Origin: Balamuthia mandrillaris
Lineage: Eukaryota
Length of the DNA: 64,000 bases
Assembly: GCA_031835245.2 (NCBI GenBank)
Contig: JAVKOQ020000105.1
Coordinates: 62,001 to 126,000 of the forward strand
Direction: 5' to 3'
The notes beneath the pieces are model-generated. The model did no database searches and was not told where the DNA came from. It worked only from the letters and a program-made list of their open reading frames with translations. The position numbers and the translations under genes are program-made. Shown piece by piece: positions 1 to 11,334 of the stretch. Each line of letters starts with the position of its first letter. The first letter of the stretch is position 1.

Positions 1-247
1 ATACCCGCGGGTAACGCCAAGAACGAAGCAAGAAAACCGGAGACCTACTTCTTTCATCTGTTCCTCGTTGCTTCTGCTTCTTGCTCTTCTTCTCGTTCTG
101 CCAGAGGCCACGTCAAATGCGGTGCTTTGACAAACACAAAACCAGCCTTTGAACCCCCTATAGCACCTTTCTGAATTATTTTTTTTTTACATCTCGAAAC
201 GAGCTGGTCCTTTTGAAGTTTTTAGACTTACTTGCGCACACACAAAC

Positions 248-2058
248 ATGACGAAGAATAACTCGGGTCGTTGGCTCGTACTCTGCCTCTCTCTTTTGGT
301 ACTCCTTCTCGTGGCAGCTCAGACCACCAACGCTCAACAAGATGAAGAAGAAGCGTCGGACACCTCTTCTTCCTCTTCCTCCTCCTCCTCTTCTTCTTCT
401 TCTTCTCCACAACCAAGTGACAGCAGTTCCGAAGAAGAAGACAAACCGATCATAGAAGGACCAACCAACCGCCGCGACCAAGAAAAAGGCAGCATCCTCC
501 TGGGCCACCTGTCCGCCGACCACTTTCTCATCAAAAGGGGCGGGAAGGTGAAACTGGCGGAAGAAAGGCTGAAGGACGTGCCATGGGAGGCTCTCACCCA
601 CCTCAGCATGGCCGTCGGCTTTGACTGGAGCAAGATGAGGGCCACGCAGGATATTGCCGTGCTTTTTCCTGTTCTGCAACAGGCCAAAGCGTCAGGACTA
701 GTGGCTATGTTGGCTGTCGGTGACCCTTCTCGTATGTTCTTCTGCTTTCTCTTCTCTTGTTCTTGTTCTTGTTCTTCTTTTGCTTTTTCTTGTTCTTCTT
801 CTTCGTCTTCGTCTTCGTCTTCTTCTTTTTTCTTCAATAACACAGTTGCTCTTTTATCAGATCATGACTACTTTGAAAGCAGCACCACGACGTCCATCCA
901 CGCCCTATCCAACGAGCTCTCCCATCTCGTACGAGTTCATCGATACGATGGGCTGCATTTGACATGGTGCCTTCCGCAGAAGCCTTCCATGAAGCAGAGA
1001 GATAACTTTGCGACCTTTGTGAGCTCGCTTTCAAACTCGCTTCACCAACTGGGCTTTAATTTTTCGCTGCTTCTCCCTCCGGATAGCATTACTGCCAATC
1101 ATTACACCACGTATTTCCATTTCTTTGTTCTGTGTTCTTGCCTATTGTCTTCTTCATTGTTTCTGCTTCTAACTTGGCTTCTTCTTCCCTGCTGACTTTA
1201 AATATCCTTCTAGAGACATGTTAATAACAGCAGATATGTACACAGTGCCTCACACTCCATTAACAGAAGAAACCGAATGGCAGCGCTCTTTGTCTGGATG
1301 GCAAAGACGAGGTATTTTGCCTTCGAAGATAGTTATGGGAGTTCCGTTCTACGCTTTGCCAGTCAATACTACCACCACTTCTTCCTCTCATGACTTTGTA
1401 AAGTATTTCAACGGACAGAACGCGAATTCGGTGGGTTACAGAGAAGTGGTTGATGCGATGGCATACCCTCCATCGGAAGAGGAGAATGAGGTTGATGGTC
1501 GGGTGTTCAACGGACGGTCAGCAGTCAGGGCAAAGGCTCACTTTTGTGTAACTATTTTCTCTTTTTTTCTTATTGTCCTTTCTTGTTTCTTCTGTTTTCT
1601 TGCCGCTTGCCTTTCTGTTGCGTCCTTCTTATTTCTTGCTTCTTGCTTCTTGCTTCTGCTTTCTCCTTCGCTTTTGTACCTTTGTGATGATATAGACATC
1701 ATATGGAGGAGTAATGGTCTACCATTTGGACATGGACACAGCTGACAACACAACTTCGTTGCTGACAGCCGCCAATCAAGTTATCGGTACTGTACGCTCT
1801 CCTGCTGTAGAAGACGACGGATCCAACAACAGTTCTTCTGGTGACGACAACGAAGAGGAGGATGAGGATGACGACCACAAAGACTATCATAGGCGTAACC
1901 TCATTCTTGGTCTAACGCTTGGCATCGGATTGCCTCTGCTTCTTGTTTCATCGGGCAGTCTTTACTTGTTCCTTCTGCGAAAGAAAGAGAGGGTATACAC
2001 ATCTTCTCGCTTGCAATACGAACTCATGCGCGACCTTAGTGAAACGGAAGACATCTGA
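248..2058 (+). CDS. GH18 chitinase-like type I membrane protein, probably catalytically inactive (4 exons)
   Basis: Signal peptide and Ser-rich linker, then GH18-like motifs LTHLSMA, RYDGLHLTW, KIVMGVPFY, YREVV and GGVMVYHLDMD, then a C-terminal TM (LILGLTLGIGLPLLLV). GT-AG introns at about 732-845, 1111-1213 and 1549-1695 restore the frame. Confidence 0.75.
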
Positions 2059-2891
2059 ATGTCCTAACACAGTTTTCGAAAGAGGAAGAACAAAGGAGTG
2101 CTGTCGAACAACGTTCTTCAACAAGCCCTCTTTCTCTTTCTCTTTCTCTTTCTCTTCTCTAGTTTTGGTTTCAGTATTATATTCCTTTTTTTTTTAACCT
2201 CTCTGGCATTCTTTCTCTCGCTTGATCCCTCTCGCTCTATTTCCTGGTTTGCTTGGGAAAGGAAACAAAAATCGATTTCTCTATCGATTTTTAGAGTTAA
2301 CGATATTTCGGGATATCAGCTCCGTATTAGGAAGATTTCACAAAATGTGCAGGCAAAATCAGTCTCCACGACTATCGACCAGCAACCGCAATTGTCAAAT
2401 TCCAAGGAGAGCTTTAGCCTCGTTCAACACCGAGGTCCTCCTCTGACCTCGCTTCGAGTTGGCGATTCCTTCGAAAGGGAAAAAAGTCAGAGGGAAGCTG
2501 AAGGGGGCAGGAATCAACATGAATGGCAGGGAGGGGTAAACCACACATTATGTCGACAATCAATGTAGATCGATTCATCGATCGATGCGATGACGTCATA
2601 CTGTAATAAAAAGGAAATGATTGATCCCGAATGGTCTCATCCACCAGACGTCCATCCCATTCCGCTGGGATCACCACCATCAACCGGGTGGACATTGGTT
2701 CAGCGAATAATACACGGGGACAACCTAACCAAAAATTAAAAAATATCTTTGTTGGGAGGAAAAAGAGAGACAACAACAACATAAGAAGAACAACAAGAAC
2801 AAGGAGGAGGACTTCTCTCTCTCTCTCTTCCGCTTCCTTGCTGCTGTAATATCGCGTTTAAAAAAAAAGAATCGGTAAGGCCTTGGACACG

Positions 2892-3211
2892 ATGTCTTCC
2901 AGCGGTGCGCGGGGCAGCTCCGCTGACGGCGACCGCAAGTACGGCGTGACGTTGAATCAGTTGGTCAATTTGGTGGAGAACAGGTTCGTTGGGGGGATTT
3001 TACCTTTGTTATATTTTTTTACGGGTTAAAAGTGGAGTTTTTAAATGGAGTTTTTGTTGGGTTCGATCGTCTTCGCCAAAAGGGACTATGATGGCCTTCA
3101 ACAGCTGGGTGGTGTGAAGGGACTGGCCGAAAGCCTCGGCAGCAACATCGAGACTGGTTTGTCCCAATCCGAAGCCGACAACCACTTTAAGACTCGCCGG
3201 GAATTGTATGT

Positions 3212-3243
<32 letters not shown>

Positions 3244-3282
3244 CCTTTCGCTCCTCTCTATTCTTTTCCTCTCCTCTCCTTC

Positions 3283-3320
<38 letters not shown>

Positions 3321-6300
3321 CTCTTCTCTCTGTTCCTCTTCTCATTCGTTCATCGTTTCTACGCACCCAAACTCTAAGGTTTGGCCAAAACCGACTGCCC
3401 GAACCTGAGATGACTTCCTTGTGGCAAATGGTTCTCGACGGACTCAGCGATAAGACGTTGATCATGCTCATGATCGCGGCTGCAGTCTCCCTTGTGCTTG
3501 GCATCATGGAAGACCCCTCCCACGGTTGGATAGAAGGCACTGCCATTCTTACCGCCGTTGTAATTGTAGTTATGGTTGCTGCTCTTAATGTACGCTTCCT
3601 CTTCTTCTTCTTCTTCTTCTTGTTCTTCTGCTTGTTCTTCTTCTTGTTCTTCTTCTTGTTCTTGTTCTTCTCCTTCTTCTTCTTGGGCAATTTTTACATG
3701 CTAATAATTTCTCTCTCGCTCTTGCGGCCTCTCTTCTCGTCTTTTCTCCCTCCTTGTTCATTTTCTTCCCGCTGTATCCTTTTCTTTCGTTCGTTTCTTC
3801 TCTCTTCTGTTAATCTTTATATGAATGCAGGACTTCCAAAAAGAAAAACAGTTCCGCAAACTCAATGAACGAAAGAAAAACAAGGACGTCAAAGTCATTC
3901 GCGCTGGTGAACAACGCCAAGTCTCGGTCTACGACATCAACGTGGGCGATGTAGTTATCATTGACACTGGCGACATTCTCTGTGCCGATGGCATCTTCAT
4001 CGATGGCCACGAGCTTGCAGCCGATGAGTCCTCCCTCACGGGAGAGACAGACGCTGTCAAGAAGACCGACAAGAAGCCATACCTGCTCTCTGGCTGCAAA
4101 ATCTTGGAAGGCATTGGTCGCATGCTCGTCGTTGCTATTGGCACCAACTCTGAATCGGGTCGCATCATGTCTCATCTGCTGAGCAAGAAGAAGAAGGCTA
4201 AAGCAGAGGACTCCAACGAAGAGAATGAAGAGGAGGACGAAGAAGACAACGATCGTCGTACCCCTCTCGAGATCAAGTTGGAAAGTCTTGCGGAGGACAT
4301 CGCCCAAATGGGATTGGCGGCAGCTGTCCTCATCCTTGTGGTGCTGCTCATCAAATTCGCTGTGGTGAACTACTTGGCGGGTGTAACCTTTGAGATGCAC
4401 ATGCTCTCGGTAGTTGTCAAGTACTTCATCACCAGCATCACGATAGTGGTGGTGGCTGTGCCTGAAGGTTTGCCCCTGGCCGTCACCATCGCTCTTGCCT
4501 ATTCCATGCTCAAGATGTTGAAGGACCAGAACTTGGTGCGTCAACTGGCAGCCTGCGAAACCATGGGCGGCGCCACTACCATCTGCTCTGACAAGACCGG
4601 TACCCTCACCAAGAACCAGATGACGGTGATGAAGGGATGGATCGCTGGAAGGATGTTTGAGGATGTTCAAGCTACCAAGAAGAAAGGAAACCTCGCTGCC
4701 TCGGTGGTGGAGTGCTTTACTTTCGGTGTGGCTGTCAACTCTACTGCCTATGAGGGCAAGACTGATAAAGGCAACATCGAATTTATCGGCAGCAAGACCG
4801 AGTGTGCCTTGCTTAACTTTGGCAAGGAGCACGGATGCGTCTACGAGACAGTAAGAAAACAACACCCTGCCGTCCATCTCATTCCTTTCTCCTCTGCCAG
4901 AAAGAGGATGAGCACTCTTGTCAAGCTTTCTACTTCATCTGGCTCTTCATCCTCTTCTTCCTCTTCATCGGGTCAATACCGCCTCTTCTGTAAAGGAGCC
5001 TCTGAAATAGTGCTCGGTTTGTGCAAAAGGGTACTCACTCCGGAAGGCAAAGAGGTCCCTCTGGAAGAAGAGACCGTAGCCGAGCTGCAGGACGTCATCC
5101 AAAGCATGGCCTGCGATGCCCTCAGAACCATCGGCCTTGCCTACGTTGACTACGACCAGGAAGAGGAAGACTGGGACTCCAAAGACCTCGAGTGCAACCT
5201 GACTTTGATTGGCGTGGTGGGCATCAAGGATCCTGTTCGTGATGAGGTGCCTCACGCTGTGCATCTCTGCCAAAAGGCTGGTATTGTGGTGCGCATGGTG
5301 ACTGGCGACAACATTGATACTGCCAAGGCCATCGCTAAGGAGTGCAAGATCCTGACGGAGGGAGGCGTCGCCATTGAGGGACCTGTATTTAGGAGCATGG
5401 ACCCCAAGGCAAGGGATCAGCTCATCCCCAAATTGCAAGTCATGGCTCGTTCCTCTCCCACCGATAAGCGCCTTTTGGTAAACAGGTAACCAACATCTCC
5501 CGCTTCTTTGCCACTTTCTTTTCCTTTCTCTCTCTCTCTTTCCTTGACATGTTTTTCACTTCACTTACTTATGTTTGTTGCGTATTTCATTCTCTTATTA
5601 CAGACTGCGAGCACTAGGTGAAGTGGTAGCAGTAACAGGCGATGGCACTAACGACGCACCCGCCCTCAAAGACGCCCACGTGGGCTTCGCTATGGGCATT
5701 GCTGGCACTGAAGTAGCCAAGGAAGCCTCCGACATCATCATCATGGACGACAACTTCAAGTCCATTGTGGCGGCAGTCATGTGGGGACGCAACGTCTACG
5801 ACTCCATTCGCAAGTTCCTGCAGTTCCAACTGACAGTGAACGTGGTGGCAGTGACTTTGGCATTCGTGGGAGCGGTCACCAATGAGGAGGGCCAAAGTCC
5901 GCTCAAGCCTGTCCAACTGCTTTGGGTCAACCTCATCATGGACACGATGGCTGCGCTTGCGCTCGCCACGGAGAGTCCCACCGAGGAGCTGCTTGACAGA
6001 AAGCCTTATGGCAAGAACGATCCGCTCATCACAAGGACCATGTGGAAAAACATCATCGGCCAGGCCATTTATCAGCTGGCTGCCAACTTTTGGGTGTTGT
6101 ACTATGGTCATCAGTTCTTTGGAGTGGAGAAGGACTCGGTGCACCACCTTACTCTCATTTTCAATCTCTTTGTGTTGTGCCAGATCTTCAACGAGATCAA
6201 CTCTCGAAGGATTTATGATGGTATCTCTTGCTCTTTTCTCTCTTTTTCTCTTTTTTCCCTTTCCTCTTTCTCCCCTTTTCTAATCGTTACAATGTATCCT

Positions 6301-6946
6301 TCATTGTCTGTATTGCAGAGATCAACGTGTTTTCGCGCATTCACGCCAATCCTGTGTTCCTTTTCATTCTCGCCTTCACCTGTGTGATGCAGTACATGAT
6401 TGTAGCGTATGGCGGTGAATTCGCCAGCACCACCCCATTGAGCAAAGAGCAATGGCTCCAATGCATTCTCATTGCTGCTGGCTCTCTTCCTTTTGGTTAG
6501 TATTTGGCTACTTTTCTCGTTTTTGTTCCTTTCTTTCTTGTCGCTTCTTGTTTCCCTTCTTTCTCGTTTGTACGCTAATCACTCTAACAAACAATAATCA
6601 ATAGGTGTGTTGTTGCGACTTATCAAAGTGCCAGAGCCAAAGAGCGCTGCCGCCGCTGTTGCCTCGAGCAAGAACAACGCTCAACAGTCCGAACAGGCCA
6701 GAAAGAACTGGGGAAAGGTTCACTTTTCCTTCTCTCTGTTGCTTCTCTGCTAGTTTCTGTTTTTCCTTTTTCCTTCCCTTTCTTCGTTCTTTCTCTCTTA
6801 CAATCCTATTGTTTACTGTTAATCAGGTCAAAACAGCAACCGTGGCGCTTGGAGCCATCAACCACATGAAGAGGCCAACGATCTTTACGGCCTTGCATGG
6901 CCCTCGTGCCCGCTCTCAAAGCGTCCTCAACAAAGCCCAAAGTTAA
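2892..6946 (+). CDS. P-type IIB (PMCA-type) Ca2+-transporting ATPase, multi-exon
   Basis: Motifs [52 protein letters not shown] and [15 protein letters not shown] introns at about 2984-3081, 3206-3378, 3590-3830, 5486-5603, 6221-6318, 6496-6604 and 6718-6826. Confidence 0.95.
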
Positions 6947-7294
6947 ACACTGGCAAGAGAGTGCAAACGCTATTTCCCCCTCTCTTCTTTTGTTGTTTTA
7001 TCTGTTTTGCTTTGTGAAAACAAAAATGAATGAACGTAGTTTTTTTTCCTTCCCCGCTTCTCTTCATTGTTCTCTTCTCTTCTCTTCATCATTCTCTTCA
7101 CTGTTCTCTTCTCTTCTCTTTGGTTTGCGTCTACGCGAATTGGAATGGTACATTCCTGACCGCAGATATATCGCTGCGATTGGACATGATTGTTCATCTA
7201 GCCGGACCATTACGTTTCCTGACAAAACGAACAAATTATATTACAATATAGAAAGAAAGAGAACAGAAGAGAAGCGAAGAGCCAACAAGACCTT

Positions 7295-7548
7295 ATGTAC
7301 AACAAAAAGTCTTCAGGCCCTGTGTTGGAGGGCGTAGAGAACGCCATGATAAGGCGCAAGGACCTCACCATCTCCACCAAGATCGGCGAGGGCGGCAGCG
7401 CGGAGGTCTTCATGGGCAGGTGTTGCGGCGAGTTGGTCGCCGTCAAGCGCTTGAAGCTCTCCGCCCCTGACACAAGGAAGGAAGAAGAGTTCAAAGAGGA
7501 GGCCAAGATGTGGAGGTTCGTTCGTTGTTTTATTTTTTTTTTCGCTCG

Positions 7549-7581
<33 letters not shown>

Positions 7582-8079
7582 TGCTCTTACTTTCTCGATG
7601 AAAAACAAAGTGGGTTGCGGCATCCGCGAATAGTTTTGTTTTTGGGGGTGTGCATCGAGGACGGAGAAATGTTATGCGTTACAGAATACATGTCCAATGG
7701 TAATAAGAAAAGTGCACTTTGTTTTCATTCTTTATTGCCGTTTCTTTCTTTTTCTATTTCTATTTCTTTTTCTTTTTCTTTTTCTTTTTCTTTTTCTTTT
7801 TCTTTTTCTTTTTCTTTTTCTTTTTCTTTTTCTTTTTCTTTCTTGTCATTACCTTCTCTTTGTTTTTTTTTTCTCTCCAGTCTCACTCTCTTGCCAACAA
7901 AACAAACTCCACAATAGGTGACTTGTTGGGTCTGTTGAACAACAAAGCGGTCCATTTGGACGTGTCGCGGAAGCTTGCTATAGCTCGAGATGTGGCGTTG
8001 GGCATGTGTTGGCTACATTCTCGCCATCCCATGGTCATCCATCGTGGTATCTATACTCTGTTTCTTCTTCCCACATTCT

Positions 8080-8124
<45 letters not shown>

Positions 8125-9231
8125 CTGCTCTCTTCTCGGTTGGAATGTCGGACTAACAAGAGAGCAAACATTTAAACGTCTGTTCAGACTTGAAGCCAGA
8201 AAACCTTTTGGTATTCTCTCTCTCTCTCTGCCGTTTATCTTCTGCTTCCTTCTTCTTTTTGTCAGTCTTTTATTGATATGCTAGTTATTGTGGCTTGCAG
8301 TTGGACAACAATCAACGCGTGAAGATAACGGATTTTGGCATAAGTGCATACAAGTATTTGGGCGCTCAGATAAAGGAGGAGGTGACGTGGTTCGGGCGAA
8401 GGCTGAAAGGAACACCGCGGTACATGGCTCCGGAGATTATTCGAGGGGATGCTGCCTCTGCTGCCAGTGATGTCTATTCGTTTGGTCTTGTCCTTTATCA
8501 GGTACTCTGCTTCTCGTCTTTGTTGTACCCTTCAGCTCTATTCTATACTCTTCTCCTTCTTCTCATTTCTGTCTTTTGAATATATACTTCTCCTTTTTTC
8601 TGTTCTTATTTGTTTTTCTTTATAAGATTTTCACTCGACAAAGGCCAGAATGGGAGGGAGCAGAGAACCAAGAGGAGTTACTGAAGGCTGTTGTTGCACA
8701 ACAACGACCATCGTTGGACTTGTTGCCCAAAGACACTCCTTTTCCCATTCGGGAACTTATTGAAGAATGTTGGGCTGATAATCCGATCGATAGGTACTTC
8801 CCAAAAACCTTTGTTCTGCATCGTCTTATTCGTTGACTAAACGAACAAACGAAAACAGACCCGACTTTGAGAGAATCTTGCTCAAACTGGAAAAGCTGTT
8901 GGATGCAGATGCGGTCATTCCTGATGCGCATGGCCGAGTCTTTTGGAAACAAAACTTCTTCGAACTGGTCTATATTTGCTGCCTTGATAGTTGCTCAACT
9001 TATTCTCATGGTACTGATTTCCTGTTTCTTCCTCCTTTCTTTTCAATGACAGGAAGAGGTACCATGGCACAAGTTTGCCAAAGCGGTGTTCAAGAACAAA
9101 GATTTTGGCCCAGTAGGCATTCCACCAGAAGAACGAGAAAAATGGATAACCTCCGTAGAGGGACGTTGCTTAAGAGCGTTACTAGGTTGGTTGAGGCGTT
9201 TTAAGTTTGTTTTACCTTACTAAAATTTTAT

Positions 9232-9262
<31 letters not shown>

Positions 9263-9439
9263 TTGTGAAACAAACAAGTTCAACCAGGTTCAGATATGGT
9301 GAAAGTGGGCCGTTTTGGAGCGATTTGTGCATGGCTAGGCCCATTAGCATACAGCGCAGAGGAAATCAATGAAGTGGAAGGTGAGCCCAGAGAAGGACCT
9401 TTTCTTGTTCGTGTGGTGGAGCTATTGAGTTCTCCGTAT

Positions 9440-9474
<35 letters not shown>

Positions 9475-10576
9475 CTCTCTTCCTTCCCTCTCTACCTCTC
9501 TCTCTCCTTCAATCTCTTGCTATCTATTGTTGACTTGAAAGTTATTATTTAAGTTGGTTTCATGGAGACGTTTCAAAGGATGACGCCGCACGGCAACTTG
9601 CTGGAAAGCCTGCAGGCACTTTTCTAGTTCGCTTCAGCACGAGTGCCGCTGGTCAATTCACGATCACCTATACACCTGCTGTGAATCGCATCTCCCATAA
9701 GCGTATCGATTATAACTTCCAAGAAGGTTTGCGTTTGATCTCCCTCGCTCTGTCTTTGCTCCGGTCTATCTCGTTCTCTCCTCCTCTTTCGCTCGTCTCG
9801 TTTTGTGCTTTTCTCATACCGTTTGGTTGGGGGTCATGAAAAGGGTTTTGCATACAGATCACGCAGAAGGAAAAAGATTCCAACAAAGAGCGGGTCATCA
9901 CCCTTAAGCTCCAAAGCCACAGTCTGGTCAAGTACATTGAGAACGTGATGGAGCCGCTCAACCTCAACAATATCTGCCAAGGCTCTCCCTATCAATCCAT
10001 ATTCAAGGATATGGACGCGGTAACGTATCCGGCTTCTTCTTCGCCCATGCTCTGCTATACGCTTTCTTCTAAAACCAGAACACACACACACACACACACC
10101 CATGCAAACAGGCTTTTGAGGCCTATAGCTATTCTTGGGAACTGCCGACGAACGTGGGAGACGATGAGCGATGGACCTCAACGGAATCGGTGCTCGAGGC
10201 TGCAGAGAAGCGACAACAACAAGCGCAAAAGCAACCGCACCAGTCCACCGCCGCTCTCTCCTCTTGGGACGTTCGTTCCCTGACGCTGGAGCTGACCAAA
10301 GAGAAAGAGAAGGAGGAGAAAGGGAAGGAGAAGGCCGATGCTGGTGAAAAGGAGAAAGAAGCGGGCGGAGCGAAGGAAAGCGTCGCCAAAGAGAAGGAGA
10401 AGGAGGTGGAGAAAGATAAGGAAGAAAAGGAAGCAAAGGAGAAACAGAGAGCGACACCAACAACCCAACCCTCTACAAACGGGAAACAGCCAGAGAAGGA
10501 GAAAGAAAAGAGCAACAACAAGCCAAAGAAAGAGAAAAAACGAAGATTCATGGGTCTTCGTTTCTTCCGCAAGTGA
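7295..10576 (+). CDS. TKL-group protein kinase with C-terminal SH2 domain (Dictyostelium SHK-like) and charged tail
   Basis: Kinase motifs KIGEGGSAEVF, VAVK, HR|DLKPENLL, KITDFG and GTPRYMAPE. SH2 motif WFHGDVSKDDAARQLAGKPAGTFLVRFS starts at about 9554, followed by CQGSPYQSIF. About 11 GT-AG introns. Confidence 0.9.
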
Positions 10577-10661
10577 TCCCCTCCTCCTTTTTGTTTTTGT
10601 TTTTGTTTGTTGTATTTGTTTACTTATTTAACACTCGCCCTCCATTGCTCTCCTCTCTTGC

Positions 10662-10693
<32 letters not shown>

Positions 10694-10976
10694 CCCTCTT
10701 TCCTTGTTCTCTTGCATTTTTCCATTCCCTCGTTTTCACAAGCTAAGAAACAACCCTCCTCCCCCACCCCCTTGAGAGGAGAGGATAGGAGAAACAAATG
10801 CGTTGTTGTTGTTGTTGTTGTTGTTTGGGTAACGTCTTCTTCACAGCACCCGATGAATAGTCCTCCTCCTCCTCCATCCCTAGGAGCATTTCTCGGTATG
10901 TTGTATGAAGCCAGCCCAAAAATGGCCGTCTGTTTCCTTGATGTCTCCACGGGCTTTCTTTTGGGGGGTTTGTCCG

Positions 10977-11025
<49 letters not shown>

Positions 11026-11334
11026 TGCTGCTTTTTTTTCTCTGTGTGGTGGTGTTTTACATCGGAAACATCGACGAAGCAGAAACGGACAACCCGCCCC
11101 TTTGGCTGCTGATTTTCTTCGCTTTGGGTGGTCTTTGTTTTTTTTCCTTTCAACTCTCTTTTCTTTTCTTTTCTTTTCTTTTAACTTTTTGGATCCAAAG
11201 AAAAGAGGGAGAGAGTCTTCTCTTCTCGTTGTGGACATCCTTGCAGAAGACTTGGCTATCCAACCAACCAACACAAGTCTTGGTTTTGTTTTTTTTTTCT
11301 TCTTTCTTCTTTCACTAGGGAACAAAAAAAAAAA

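Noticed and set aside
2591..2598. CRE-like TGACGTCA upstream of the Ca-ATPase
   Set aside because: I noticed only one occurrence, which is compatible with chance.
3774..3783. U12-like GTATCCTT here, with similar strings at about 1202 and 6293
   Set aside because: They lie inside introns whose ordinary GT-AG boundaries already restore the frame.
10607..11334. Possible small membrane-protein gene between the kinase and MS-ICL
   Set aside because: No consistent splice model or recognisable motif; treated as UTR or intergenic sequence.
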